A stretch of 20,985 bases of DNA from an uncultured Gemmatimonadota bacterium (GCA_964626665.1 CAZVGK010000042.1:1-20985); one strand, 5' to 3'; numbered from the stretch's first letter, positions 1-8,187 are shown. Numbers and translations: made by a program. Notes: generated by a model not told the origin, from the sequence alone.

Positions 1-603
1 ATTCTCTAAGTACCGTATAAGGTCTGGAATTATTTCCTTTGCCTTTGGCCCCAGCTTTTCTAATTCTACTATTGCTTGCCACCTAACTGCGTCAGATGGG
101 TCATCCAATTTATCCACTAGTTCTTTCAATCGAGATTTACTTTGATTAGGAAATTGTTGCTTGATATTCTTGTCAATGTTATCCCCAGCTTTTTCAAATA
201 TCTTGCTCAGTTTTAGTCTATCTTCTTCAGGTAATAAATTAAATGCTTTTTGGTTTAACTGTTGCATTATATTTATTTCGTTTTCTGTCAAGGAAGCATA
301 ACCATATTCATTAAATCGGACTTGTAAAGCTATAAGCCGCTGTTTTTCGTCATCGGGTAATAGATTAATTGCTTTTTGAGTGAGTTCTTTCATGAGATTT
401 ATATCATCCTGGTCCATAGATGAAACTGCTTCACGAACTTTGTCTTCTAGTAATTTCGTCTCTTTTGGGTATTTCTTAATGTGTTCTGGCAAATTCGTGG
501 ATTCTCTACTTGCAAAATAGATAATAAACAAGATGAATATAACTCCTAAACCTACTAATATCTTCCTCCATGTCCAATAATTTTTTTGATTAAACTGTTC
601 CAT
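1..603 (-). CDS. Integron cassette 3 protein (3' end runs off the window): N-terminal TM helix, internal ~40-aa helical duplication, then a HEAT/PBS-lyase-like repeat
   Basis: Not in the ORF track because it is open at the edge. Manual translation from ATG 603 (SD GAGGAG upstream) is open for 201 codons: MEQFNQKNYWTWRKILVGLGVIFILFIIYFAS...LVDKLDDPSDAVRWQAIVELEKLGPKAKEIIPDLIRYLEN. Visibly AT-rich. Confidence 0.85.
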   Translation of the reverse strand, partial: MEQFNQKNYWTWRKILVGLGVIFILFIIYFASRESTNLPEHIKKYPKETKLLEDKVREAVSSMDQDDINLMKELTQKAINLLPDDEKQRLIALQVRFNEYGYASLTENEINIMQQLNQKAFNLLPEEDRLKLSKIFEKAGDNIDKNIKQQFPNQSKSRLKELVDKLDDPSDAVRWQAIVELEKLGPKAKEIIPDLIRYLEN

Positions 604-648
604 ACAAAACTCCTCTCACAAATCTACCTTCATACCTTTAATAGTGGC

Positions 649-749
649 AGATAACGGCATGGGCATAAGCTGCGTCAAACGCTTGAAAATACCGAAAATA
701 GAAAAAACATGTCACGGCGTTTGGCGTCAGCTTGATGCCCGGGTTAGGC
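649..749 (-). mobile_element. attC site (101 bp) ending cassette 2
   Basis: Minus strand reads GCCTAAC (R'') ccgggcatcaagctgacgccaaacgc...gcgtttgacgcagcttatgcccatgcc GTTATCT (R'), an imperfect palindrome with extrahelical bases. R'' is complementary to the GTTAGGC that opens the cassette at 1481..1475. Confidence 0.9.
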
Positions 750-839
750 TAAACTTCCTTTACCAAAGTTTGCTATCATCTGCCAAAATACGGTCAAGTC
801 GAGAATGAAGAATTACTCTATTGCAGGCAGCTTGGTTTG

Positions 840-1343
840 TCACTCCTGTTTTGGAGGCACGTTAGAGTTGAAGCAATCGTATACGATCTTCCAAGAACCA
901 TCAGATTGCCTTTCAAAAAGGCACAAGTCTTTACCATCTGGCATAGCATTAATCGTCTCGCCACCTGCCTTTGGAGTCATTCTCAATGTGTATGTACATC
1001 GAGTTAATCCCAAGTCGCCATATACCTTAGCATCCTCTATACTATGGATGGCTATATCTAAATTCATCTGATCGAATGCGGGCTTCATTCCTTCTCGTAT
1101 CTGCTCTTTCCCGATTCTAGCAGGAGTGTCTGGCGGCATCTGTATCCCGTCATCAGCCCATAGGGAAATCCAAAGATCGAAATCTCCAGTGTTACAACCG
1201 ACGGCATATTGGTTTAACATCTCTTTGATCGCAGTGATATCGGCTTCCACATCTACCTCCTTTTTGCAACTAAAAGTAAAGCAAAGCATCGCTGAAGTGA
1301 TAACTAAGATGGTTGTTGAGAGTATCCAATTTGATTTTTTCAT
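840..1343 (-). CDS. Integron cassette 2 protein: predicted lipoprotein with NTF2-like (SnoaL/DUF4440/YybH-type) fold
   Basis: Signal peptide ending FSC. Motifs 'WADDGIQMPP...IGKEQIR' and 'RQSDGSWKI' are typical of DUF4440/ketosteroid-isomerase-like proteins. SD AAGGAGGAG. Confidence 0.8.
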   Translation of the reverse strand: MKKSNWILSTTILVITSAMLCFTFSCKKEVDVEADITAIKEMLNQYAVGCNTGDFDLWISLWADDGIQMPPDTPARIGKEQIREGMKPAFDQMNLDIAIHSIEDAKVYGDLGLTRCTYTLRMTPKAGGETINAMPDGKDLCLFERQSDGSWKIVYDCFNSNVPPKQE

Positions 1344-1474
1344 TTTCTCCTCCTTACTGGTTAGACCAACGTTTAAATTTTGAGTAACCCCAAATGTATC
1401 ATTTGGGAGTTAATTTGCATAAAATGTCTATAGACATCACCTCCTTCAACATTGGGTTGTTGAAATTACAAGCA

Positions 1475-1546
1475 GCCTAACGACCAAGCTCACCTGCCGC
1501 TATGGAGCGTAGCGGAATAGCGGTCAGGTGCAGCGCCTTGTTAGAC
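1475..1546 (-). mobile_element. attC site (72 bp) ending cassette 1
   Basis: Minus strand reads GTCTAAC aaggcgctgcacctgaccgctattccgctacgctccatagcggcaggtgagcttggtc GTTAGGC, the canonical RYYYAAC...GTTRRRY hairpin, just after the TGA-TAA stops of 1556..2020. Confidence 0.95.
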
Positions 1547-1555
1547 CGCTTCTTA

Positions 1556-2020
1556 TCAGCCTGCTACCACCTGAATGATGACAGCAATTGCGGTTGTAAC
1601 AATGACGCCAGCACCAAACAATACATAATCTCGTGTTGCACTCCGCTGTTGTCCTGATTCCAATAGCTTAGCAAAATGCTCCGCTACGGGGATAGGTGTG
1701 CTTTCCAACGCCTCGATTTTCTCCTTAAGCTCCTTCTCGCGGGTCTCCAAGGCCGCCAAATCCGTTTCAAGCTTCTGAACCGCGCCTTCTCTGCTGCGTG
1801 CCACTTGAGCTAATTCTGATAGCACTGAATCAACTTCCCGTGACGCTTTCGTTAAACTCGCAGTCAGCTGCGCAAGGCGTTCGCTGTACGGCTTTTCTGG
1901 TTCCCTTCGGATTCCGAGAAGGTGCCGAAACAGCTTCTGTATCAACTTACTCGACGCAACTCCGCCTGCTACAAGGCTGGCAAGGCCTGCGATTATGGAC
2001 GCGAGAACCTCAATTCCCAT
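1556..2020 (-). CDS. Integron cassette 1 protein: TM - coiled coil - TM hypothetical membrane protein
   Basis: Hydrophobic N- and C-termini flank a heptad-rich region (VQKLETDLAALETREKELKEKIEALE). It sits between the attI junction and the first attC. Confidence 0.8.
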   Translation of the reverse strand: MGIEVLASIIAGLASLVAGGVASSKLIQKLFRHLLGIRREPEKPYSERLAQLTASLTKASREVDSVLSELAQVARSREGAVQKLETDLAALETREKELKEKIEALESTPIPVAEHFAKLLESGQQRSATRDYVLFGAGVIVTTAIAVIIQVVAG

Positions 2021-2039
2021 GGCTAATTCTCCATACGCG

Positions 2040-2100
2040 GTCTAACTACTGTTTATATGGTTTTAATATAACACTACTTTCCGGTATTCCTTCCGTATAA
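2040..2100 (-). mobile_element. attI recombination site / first-cassette junction
   Basis: GTTAGACCGC (2046..2037, minus) is the exact 10-nt complement of GCGGTCTAAC at the attC1 R'' end (1549..1540). Upstream is AT-rich and non-palindromic, as expected for attI rather than attC. The outer boundary is uncertain. Confidence 0.7.
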
Positions 2101-2211
2101 GCCACCACAAGGAAATTCCGTCAAGCTGTTCCGTTTCAAAGCCTGGCGACCGCACCGGTGTCGTTCCAGCGTCTTATGCGGTGTCCGCATAACACCCTCC
2201 TCCTTTAGGCT

Positions 2212-2289
2212 TCACAATGTGTCGGCAGGGCTGCGCACACCTCGACCGCCTCTATTCAGCACATGCATGTAAATAGAGGTCGTATCTTT
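2212..2289 (-). pseudogene. intI: C-terminal remnant of integron integrase
   Basis: Translates KDTTSIYMHVLNRGGRGVRSPADTL*, matching the IntI C-terminal signature (KDVxTTMIYTHVLNRGGxGVxSPLD) including the catalytic Tyr. Similarity is lost upstream and the frame hits a stop about 12 codons earlier. Confidence 0.85.
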
Positions 2290-2396
2290 AATATTAATTT
2301 TTTTGCAATGAGAGGTTGGTATTTATATTATGGGTTGAAGATATCGAAGAGTCAAAACCAAAGATGTGACCCCCTTTCATCTAAGCATTCTCCTCT

Positions 2397-2420
2397 GTAG
2401 GGGTCGGATTCATCCGACCC
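2397..2420 (+). repeat. GTAG-type REP-like palindrome
   Basis: GTAG-gggtcggat-tc-atccgaccc. A related GTAGGGC-agga-GCCCTAC hairpin lies at ~5758-5777. Confidence 0.55.
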
Positions 2421-2489
2421 GATTATTCGTTTCTTAACACCTCCTTAGCTTTGTGGAGCTGTCACGATTGAAGGAGACTTAGCTTAAAT

Positions 2490-2518
2490 AAAATATCAAT
2501 TCCAATCGTAGTTGTCAA
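2490..2518 (-). promoter_or_regulatory. sigma70-type promoter pointing toward the intI remnant and cassette array
   Basis: TTGACA-17 nt-TATTTT with a TGn extended -10. Confidence 0.55.
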
Positions 2519-2559
2519 GCGAAAATCTCTCCAATACCCCCAAAAAATGGTAGCACTAC

Positions 2560-2660
2560 ACCACGGAATCTCACGGAACTGAAGGGCATTGTGCTGGCAG
2601 GGCTCTGCCTTGACAGCCACCCCTATTGTTTTTCTGTGCCCTTCCGTGTTCATCCGTGGT
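2560..2660. repeat. Inverted-repeat module, family A (CACGGA-N4, 10-nt period), enclosing a hairpin
   Basis: accacggaatctcacggaa...tttctgtgcccttccgtgttcatccgtggt. The left arm is identical to the one at 17387. Confidence 0.8.
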
Positions 2661-2792
2661 CTATCATTCTTCTTTTTCTGGTGGCAGAAGGGGGTTTCTG
2701 CCACCGCACTTTATTTCGGTAGGGCAGGAAAAAAAGAGAAGAGCAATGGGGCTGAGGTCCAGACCCCGTTGATCTCTATCAATAGCTTAGAT

Positions 2793-2880
2793 CATTCTTA
2801 ATTCTCCATTCTTCATTCTGCATTCGCAGCTTCGCTGGGATACCTGACTGCTAACTGCTGACTACTGACCCCTGTGAACT
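2793..2880. repeat. Two 7-nt-period tracts, (cattctn)x5 and (ctgactr)x4, ending in ctgacccctgtgaact
   Basis: Read directly. The second tract is the inverse of the tract at 4599-4657. Confidence 0.75.
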
Positions 2881-2907
2881 GTCGCAAGAAGGGCAATCCT
2901 TTTTTAT

Positions 2908-2936
2908 TTGACTTATCCCAGCCAATGAGTTATTTT
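2908..2936 (+). promoter_or_regulatory. sigma70-type promoter of dapAB
   Basis: TTGACT-17 nt-TATTTT, then SD AAGGAGGAG and ATG 2958. Confidence 0.55.
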
Positions 2937-2957
2937 CCCTCTGTAAAGGAGGAGCCG

Positions 2958-3830
2958 ATGTTTAAAGGATCGCTGGTGGCCTTAATAACCCCCTTTAAAG
3001 ATGGGCGGGTAGATAGGGAGAAGCTCAGGGAACTGGTGAATTTCCATTTGGAGAATGGCACGGAGGGGATTGTTCCCTGTGGGTGCACGGGTGAGGCCTT
3101 TACCCTAAGTTTTGAGGAGAGAGGGGAGATAATTGAAACTGTGGTGGGGGAGGCAAAAGGGAGAATACCAGTTATCCCTGGGACAGGGTCCTCCAGCACC
3201 CGGATGGCCCTTGAACTGACCAGGGAGGCCAAGTTAAGGGGGGCTGATGGAGCCCTGGTTATCACCCCTTTCGGCAACAAGCCAAACCCGGAGGGAATTT
3301 ACCAGCATTATGCCCGAATAGCCCAAGAGGTAGAACTTCCTATAATCCTCTACAATGTTCCCTCCCGTACCGGAACGAGCATTTCCCCTGAGGTTGTGGC
3401 TAGGCTCTCCAAAATACCCAACATAGTGGGGATAAAGGAGGCCAGTGGCTCCCTGGATCAGGTCTCCCGTATCCTGAGTCTCTGTGACATAACCGTTCTC
3501 TCCGGTGATGACAGCTTGACTCTGCCTATGCTAATGATTGGGGCAAAGGGGGTTATCTCCACCGTGGCCAACCTTGTTCCCCAGGACATGGCCGGTTTGG
3601 TGAATGCCTTCTTCCAGGGAGATCTGGAGAGGGCCAGAAAACTGCATTTCAAGCTATTTCCCCTGATTAAAGCCCTTTTTCTGGAGGGCAACCCCGCCCC
3701 GTTGAAGGGAGCAATGAAACTTATGGGTCTGCTTAACGGGGAGCTGAGGCCTCCCTTATCCCCTATATCCGAAGGAAATCTCAATATCCTCCAGGGGGTA
3801 ATGAGGGATTACGGCTTGGTTGGCAGATGA
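2958..3830 (+). CDS. dapA: 4-hydroxy-tetrahydrodipicolinate synthase
   Basis: MFKGSLVALITPF, GCTGE, ILYNVPSRTG, Schiff-base GIKEASG, LSGDD. Start moved to ATG 2958 because of the SD. Confidence 0.97.
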   Translation: MFKGSLVALITPFKDGRVDREKLRELVNFHLENGTEGIVPCGCTGEAFTLSFEERGEIIETVVGEAKGRIPVIPGTGSSSTRMALELTREAKLRGADGALVITPFGNKPNPEGIYQHYARIAQEVELPIILYNVPSRTGTSISPEVVARLSKIPNIVGIKEASGSLDQVSRILSLCDITVLSGDDSLTLPMLMIGAKGVISTVANLVPQDMAGLVNAFFQGDLERARKLHFKLFPLIKALFLEGNPAPLKGAMKLMGLLNGELRPPLSPISEGNLNILQGVMRDYGLVGR

Positions 3831-4597
3831 TAGAAATTACGGTCTGCGGAGCCGGGGGAAGGATGGGAAGGAGGGTGGTGGGCCTTCTGGCCCAGGATGG
3901 AGACTTTAAACTATCCGGGGCAATAGAGGCCCCAGGAAACCCTTTCTTGGGAAGGGATGCTGGGGAAATAGCCGGAGTTAGCCCTTTAGAGGTTCCTATG
4001 AGGGACTCCTTGACCGGGGCAAAGGGGGTGGTGGTCGATTTTACCAATCCTAAAGTTGCCCTTGATCACCTGCAATTCTGCGTGGAGAAAGACCTTCCTA
4101 TGGTTATGGGGACAACAGGGTTCTCTTCCCAACAGGAGGAGAGGATTAAGGAGCTGGCCCCTCAAATCCCCTGCCTGGTTGCGCCCAATATGAGCGTGGG
4201 GGTAAATGTCCTCTTTGGCATAATAGACGAGGTGGCAAGGTTGTTGGGCTCAGGTTGGGATGTGGAGATAGTGGAAGCCCATCATAGGTTCAAGGGCGAT
4301 TCCCCCAGCGGCACGGCCAAGAGATTGGCCGAGATCGTTTCCTCCCAAACTGGTGGGACACCAATCCAAGGAAGAAAGGGAAAGAGGGAGGCGAATGAGA
4401 TTGGCCTCCATTCTGTGCGTGCCGGGGATATTGTGGGGGAACATACGGTTATCTTCGGAGGATTGGGGGAGAGGTTGGAGTTTACCCATCGGGCCCATTC
4501 CAGGGATTGCTTTGCTCGGGGAGCCCTTCTGGCTGCCAAATTCGTGGCTCAGGCCCCCAAAGGCCTCTATGGAATGGCCGATGTATTAAAACTGTGA
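3827..4597 (+). CDS. dapB: 4-hydroxy-tetrahydrodipicolinate reductase
   Basis: GAGGRMG, GTTG, APNMSVG, EAHHRFKGDSPSGTA. ATGA overlap with dapA. Confidence 0.97.
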   Translation: MIEITVCGAGGRMGRRVVGLLAQDGDFKLSGAIEAPGNPFLGRDAGEIAGVSPLEVPMRDSLTGAKGVVVDFTNPKVALDHLQFCVEKDLPMVMGTTGFSSQQEERIKELAPQIPCLVAPNMSVGVNVLFGIIDEVARLLGSGWDVEIVEAHHRFKGDSPSGTAKRLAEIVSSQTGGTPIQGRKGKREANEIGLHSVRAGDIVGEHTVIFGGLGERLEFTHRAHSRDCFARGALLAAKFVAQAPKGLYGMADVLKL

Positions 4598-4598
4598 G

Positions 4599-4657
4599 AG
4601 TTCACGGGGGTCAGGGATCGGCAATCAGCGGTCAGCGATCAGTGATCAGCTGTCAGT
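4599..4657. repeat. 7-nt-period tract (nrtcagy) starting agttcacgggggtcag
   Basis: ggtcagg gatcggc aatcagc ggtcagc gatcagt gatcagc tgtcagt, starting immediately after the dapB stop. Confidence 0.8.
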
Positions 4658-4691
4658 TGTTGGTTGGCAGTTGTTCCAAAGTTTATTGCAC

Positions 4692-4777
4692 AGAAATTTC
4701 TATTTTGTAGACAGGATGACCAGAGCAAACAAAAATCCTGTTATCCTGTCAAAAAAGCACTGCCGCAGGCGGTTAAG
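4692..4777. repeat. Inverted-repeat module, family B (GACAGGAT...ATCCTGTTATCCTGTC) with conserved head and tail
   Basis: aaaatcctgttatcctgtca...tgccgcaggYggYtaag is shared with 11030-11076. The head agaa(a)tttcwatttt(g/t)tagacaggat is shared with 17468. Confidence 0.75.
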
Positions 4778-4796
4778 TTAAAAAGGGGTGAGAAGG

Positions 4797-5549
4797 ATGA
4801 AATATTTCCTTGTTTTGATCGGAATTTTTCTGCTGGTTCCCGTTGGATGTGAAAAGGGAAAGAGGATAACCCCACCCGAGGAGCATACCTTCCAGGTAGA
4901 AGGTGTAGTGGTGAGGGATCTAAACACGGGTATGGATATAGCCTCAGTATCTGTGGAGAGGGACAGCGTTCCATTTTTAGATGCTCAAGTTAAGGTAAAT
5001 GGCCACGAATTGGGTCTTATAGATACCTCAGGGATTTATTATCTGATGGCTCCAAACCTTTTCCCTTCCCTCTCCCCCTGTTCCCTTTTTGTCTTCAGCG
5101 AGCCGGACAGCTATACGGTTGAGGGGTTGGCAGTTATGCCTAAGGATTTTGAGATTGATACCATATCTCACCAGAACTATAAATATGGTTCAACACCTCG
5201 GCCCACCGTCGAGTGGACTGTCTCGGATAGCGCCAGGGGATATTTCATCTCAGTAGTAGGGGTGGAAGAAGCAGATAGCGCCGAGAGATTTACTCAGATT
5301 TCCTCTTATAATCAGAGGTCAGCTTCCATCCCGTGGGAAACTTTTTGGAGGGAAGGCACAACTGAACCTCTCCCTGGTCCCTATGTGGTCTGGGTGGTTG
5401 CCTACAACAGAAGCTTTGTCGGCTATTACGATATTCCCTTCCCAATCCCTGATGGCCTTCCTCAGGGGAATATCGAGGGGGATCAAGGGACTTTTGGGGC
5501 AGGGGTGATCGCGGTCCCGGATACCATTTGGGTAACTACCGGGGAATAG
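4797..5549 (+). CDS. Hypothetical lipoprotein, beta-rich
   Basis: MKYFLVLIGIFLLVPVGC signal with lipobox; no family recognised. Confidence 0.75.
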   Translation: MKYFLVLIGIFLLVPVGCEKGKRITPPEEHTFQVEGVVVRDLNTGMDIASVSVERDSVPFLDAQVKVNGHELGLIDTSGIYYLMAPNLFPSLSPCSLFVFSEPDSYTVEGLAVMPKDFEIDTISHQNYKYGSTPRPTVEWTVSDSARGYFISVVGVEEADSAERFTQISSYNQRSASIPWETFWREGTTEPLPGPYVVWVVAYNRSFVGYYDIPFPIPDGLPQGNIEGDQGTFGAGVIAVPDTIWVTTGE

Positions 5550-5558
5550 AAAAAAATT

Positions 5559-5599
5559 TTCACCCTCTCCTTAGTCCTCCCCCTTCAAGGGGGAGGAAA
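5559..5599. repeat. 41-nt CCCTC/GGGAG palindromic repeat, copy 1
   Basis: 40/41 identical to 20866-20906. Confidence 0.9.
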
Positions 5600-5850
5600 G
5601 TGTTTAGAAATCCTGCTTGGCTGCGTGCATCTGCGTTCCATATAGTTCGCCCGCAGGGGGCTAAGTTATAGATTTGCAGGTAACATCTTGGATTGGCTGG
5701 GCTGTTCATTGTAGAGAGGAGACGGATAGGCCCAAGAGTTTTTACTTACAAAGTTCTGGTAGGGCAGGAGCCCTACCGGCACAGAAGATCCTGAGGATAT
5801 GTACTACAATCTTGCAAGATCTTGTTTTTTTGACAAAGTTTTTCGTAGCA

Positions 5851-5956
5851 ACCGCAAAGCCTCTAAGTTCGCAGAGAAAATAGAAAGCAAAAGAGAGATG
5901 AAATAAAACGATTAGTTAATAATCTTTAAACTTTGCGCCCTTTGCGACTTTGCGGT
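5851..5956. repeat. Inverted-repeat module with 8-9-nt period (accgcaaag...ctttgcgcc ctttgcga ctttgcggt)
   Basis: Terminal accgcaaag/ctttgcggt are perfect inverses around an AT-rich non-coding spacer. Confidence 0.8.
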
Positions 5957-6055
5957 GAATTATTTGATTGCGGCTTTGCCGTGCTGCGTTAATCTGCGTC
6001 CTATAGAGTTTGTCCGAATAGCGCAAAATTCAAGAGCAAAGGAAGAGAGGAAGAG

Positions 6056-7126
6056 ATGGAAGATCCACGCTACCAGAAATTAGCGGATGTTCTGGTTAAC
6101 TATTCCACCAAGGTGCAGAAGGGGGAGACGGTGGTCATCTCCTCCGGCTTTGATGGCCTCCCCCTGGTAAAGGAGATAGCCAAACTATGTTGGCAAAGGG
6201 ATGCCTTTCCCAGGATCCATTTTGGGGATGAGAGTTTGACCTATCTAAGATACAAGCACTCATCCAAGGAAGCCTTAGCCAGGGAGCCCCAGATTGCCCT
6301 TTATGAGATGAAACACAGTGATGTCTGGATAGGCTTGATGGGAAGTCGCAATACCAATGCCCTGAACAATGTGGACAGTGAAAAGTTGGTTATCTCTCGC
6401 AAGGCGGCGCTGAAGGTCAACAGGGAGAGGGTGAGAAACACTAGGTGGAACCTCTGTTGTTCTCCCTCTACCGGTTTGGCGCAGAACGCCTTTATGTCCT
6501 TAGAAGAGTTTGAGGATTTTCTCTTTGGGGCCACCCTTTTGGATTGGAAGAAGCTCTCCCAGGAGATGGACCCTCTCGTTTCCCTGCTCACCGAGGGCAA
6601 GGAGGTCAGGTTGGTGGGGAAGGAAACCGACATTAAGTTGGGTATTGAGGGAAGGAAGGGGCTGAAATCCGATGGGACCAAGAATATGCCTGGTGGAGAG
6701 GTGTTTACCTCTCCGGTGCGGCCTACCGTAGAGGGTCATATCTATTTTGACTTTCCTGGCAGGCAGGTTAAACAGGTCAAGGATATAAGGCTGTGGTTTA
6801 AGAGGGGGAAGGTGGTCAAGGCTACGGCCAGTTCCAACGAGGATTACCTGCATCAGGTATTGAAGACCGATAGCCTGAGTAATTCCTTGGGAGAGTTGGG
6901 TATAGGCACAAACTGGGGCATAACTAAGTTTGTTGACAATATCCTCTTCGATGAGAAGATAGGGGGGACAATTCATCTTGCCCTGGGTGCGGGGATGAAG
7001 GAGTGTGGGGGCAATGACCGATCGGCCATCCACTGGGATCTAATTAAGGATATGAGAAAGGGGGGGGAGATCTACATAGACGGAAAGTTAGTGCAGAAGG
7101 ATGGCAAGATGCTTATCAAGGGATAG
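6056..7126 (+). CDS. Aminopeptidase, M29 family (AmpS/AmpT/PepS-like)
   Basis: NMPGGEVFTSP, GELGIG, LFDEKIGGTIHLALG and SAIHWD metal-ligand motifs. Confidence 0.93.
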   Translation: MEDPRYQKLADVLVNYSTKVQKGETVVISSGFDGLPLVKEIAKLCWQRDAFPRIHFGDESLTYLRYKHSSKEALAREPQIALYEMKHSDVWIGLMGSRNTNALNNVDSEKLVISRKAALKVNRERVRNTRWNLCCSPSTGLAQNAFMSLEEFEDFLFGATLLDWKKLSQEMDPLVSLLTEGKEVRLVGKETDIKLGIEGRKGLKSDGTKNMPGGEVFTSPVRPTVEGHIYFDFPGRQVKQVKDIRLWFKRGKVVKATASSNEDYLHQVLKTDSLSNSLGELGIGTNWGITKFVDNILFDEKIGGTIHLALGAGMKECGGNDRSAIHWDLIKDMRKGGEIYIDGKLVQKDGKMLIKG

Positions 7127-7131
7127 GGGAA

Positions 7132-8187
7132 TTGGCTTTAGCCCTTGGTTTCTCCTTCTGTCTCTCCGCTATTCTGGCCCTTCTTCTTACCCCCTGGATA
7201 AGAAAATGGGCTTTGATCAGGGGGGTGGTGGATCGGCCAGGAGGTAGGAAGACCCACCAGTCTCCCACCCCCCTTTTGGGAGGAGTTGGTCTCTTTATTA
7301 CCTTTATGGTGATCTTGATCGCTCCCTTCTTCCTTTGGAGAAGGCTCTTCTTGCAGGGAAGGGAATACCTGATGGGGATAATCATCGGCTCCTCCCTCAT
7401 CTTTCTGCTGGGTATCTATGATGACCTTAAGGGGGCTTCCCCATTATTGAAGATAGGGGTGCAGCTAATAGCCGGTCTGGTTCTGATCAATTTTGGCCTG
7501 GCGGTTACCGTCCTAAGCAATCCCTTTCGCCATCCCCTCTACTTGGGATGGTGGGGCATACCGTTAACCCTACTGTGGGTTGTCTTTATAACCAATGCCC
7601 TTAACTTGATTGATGGCTTAGATGGGCTGGCCGCTGGGGTCTCTGCCATAGTGGCCTTGGTCCTCCTTGTTGTTGGCCTAAAAAGGGAGGCGGCCTTGAC
7701 CGCATTTCTCGGTGCGGGCATAGCTGGTGGTTGCTTAGGGTTTCTCCGCTATAATTTCCCCCCAGCCCGCATCTTTATGGGGGATGCGGGGAGTATGCTG
7801 TTGGGCTTTCTCCTGGCCTCCATCTCCCTGATCAGGCCCCTGAAATCAGTTGCTGCCGTTGCCCTATTTGTTCCCATTGTGGCCATGGGGGGACCCATTG
7901 TGGAGTCGTTCACCACCATAGTAAGACGCTTCTGGAGGAGGAGGAACCCCTTGACTGCGGATCGAGGTCATATTCACCATATCCTCTTGGATCTTGGATT
8001 TACCCCAAAAGTTACTGTGATCATCATCTACCTTATCTCTGGCCTTTTCGGCCTGATCTGCGTGGGTTTTGCCACCTCTAATCCCAGATTTATGGTTATC
8101 ATTTTTATCGCATTAACCTTGGCTAGCCTGGTCGGGATCATTAAGCTGCACAGCTTGCATAGGGGGAGAAAGGGAAGCAATGGCTAA
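7132..8187 (+). CDS. Undecaprenyl-phosphate GlcNAc-1-phosphate transferase (WecA/TagO, MraY-like glycosyl transferase family 4)
   Basis: Multi-[35 protein letters not shown]. Confidence 0.92.
   Translation: MALALGFSFCLSAILALLLTPWIRKWALIRGVVDRPGGRKTHQSPTPLLGGVGLFITFMVILIAPFFLWRRLFLQGREYLMGIIIGSSLIFLLGIYDDLKGASPLLKIGVQLIAGLVLINFGLAVTVLSNPFRHPLYLGWWGIPLTLLWVVFITNALNLIDGLDGLAAGVSAIVALVLLVVGLKREAALTAFLGAGIAGGCLGFLRYNFPPARIFMGDAGSMLLGFLLASISLIRPLKSVAAVALFVPIVAMGGPIVESFTTIVRRFWRRRNPLTADRGHIHHILLDLGFTPKVTVIIIYLISGLFGLICVGFATSNPRFMVIIFIALTLASLVGIIKLHSLHRGRKGSNG

Noticed and set aside
1359-1366. GGTCTAAC as a third attC R'' end
   Set aside because: No complementary arm or R' follows; the gene start is about 15 nt away
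2462-2801. ORFs 2462..2704 (-) and 2589..2801 (+)
   Set aside because: They are translations of repeat arms (e.g. SVFIRG, PRMNTEGHR), with no SD or domain
2874-2957. N-terminal extension of dapA in the ORF track
   Set aside because: It covers the repeat end and the promoter; the SD supports ATG 2958
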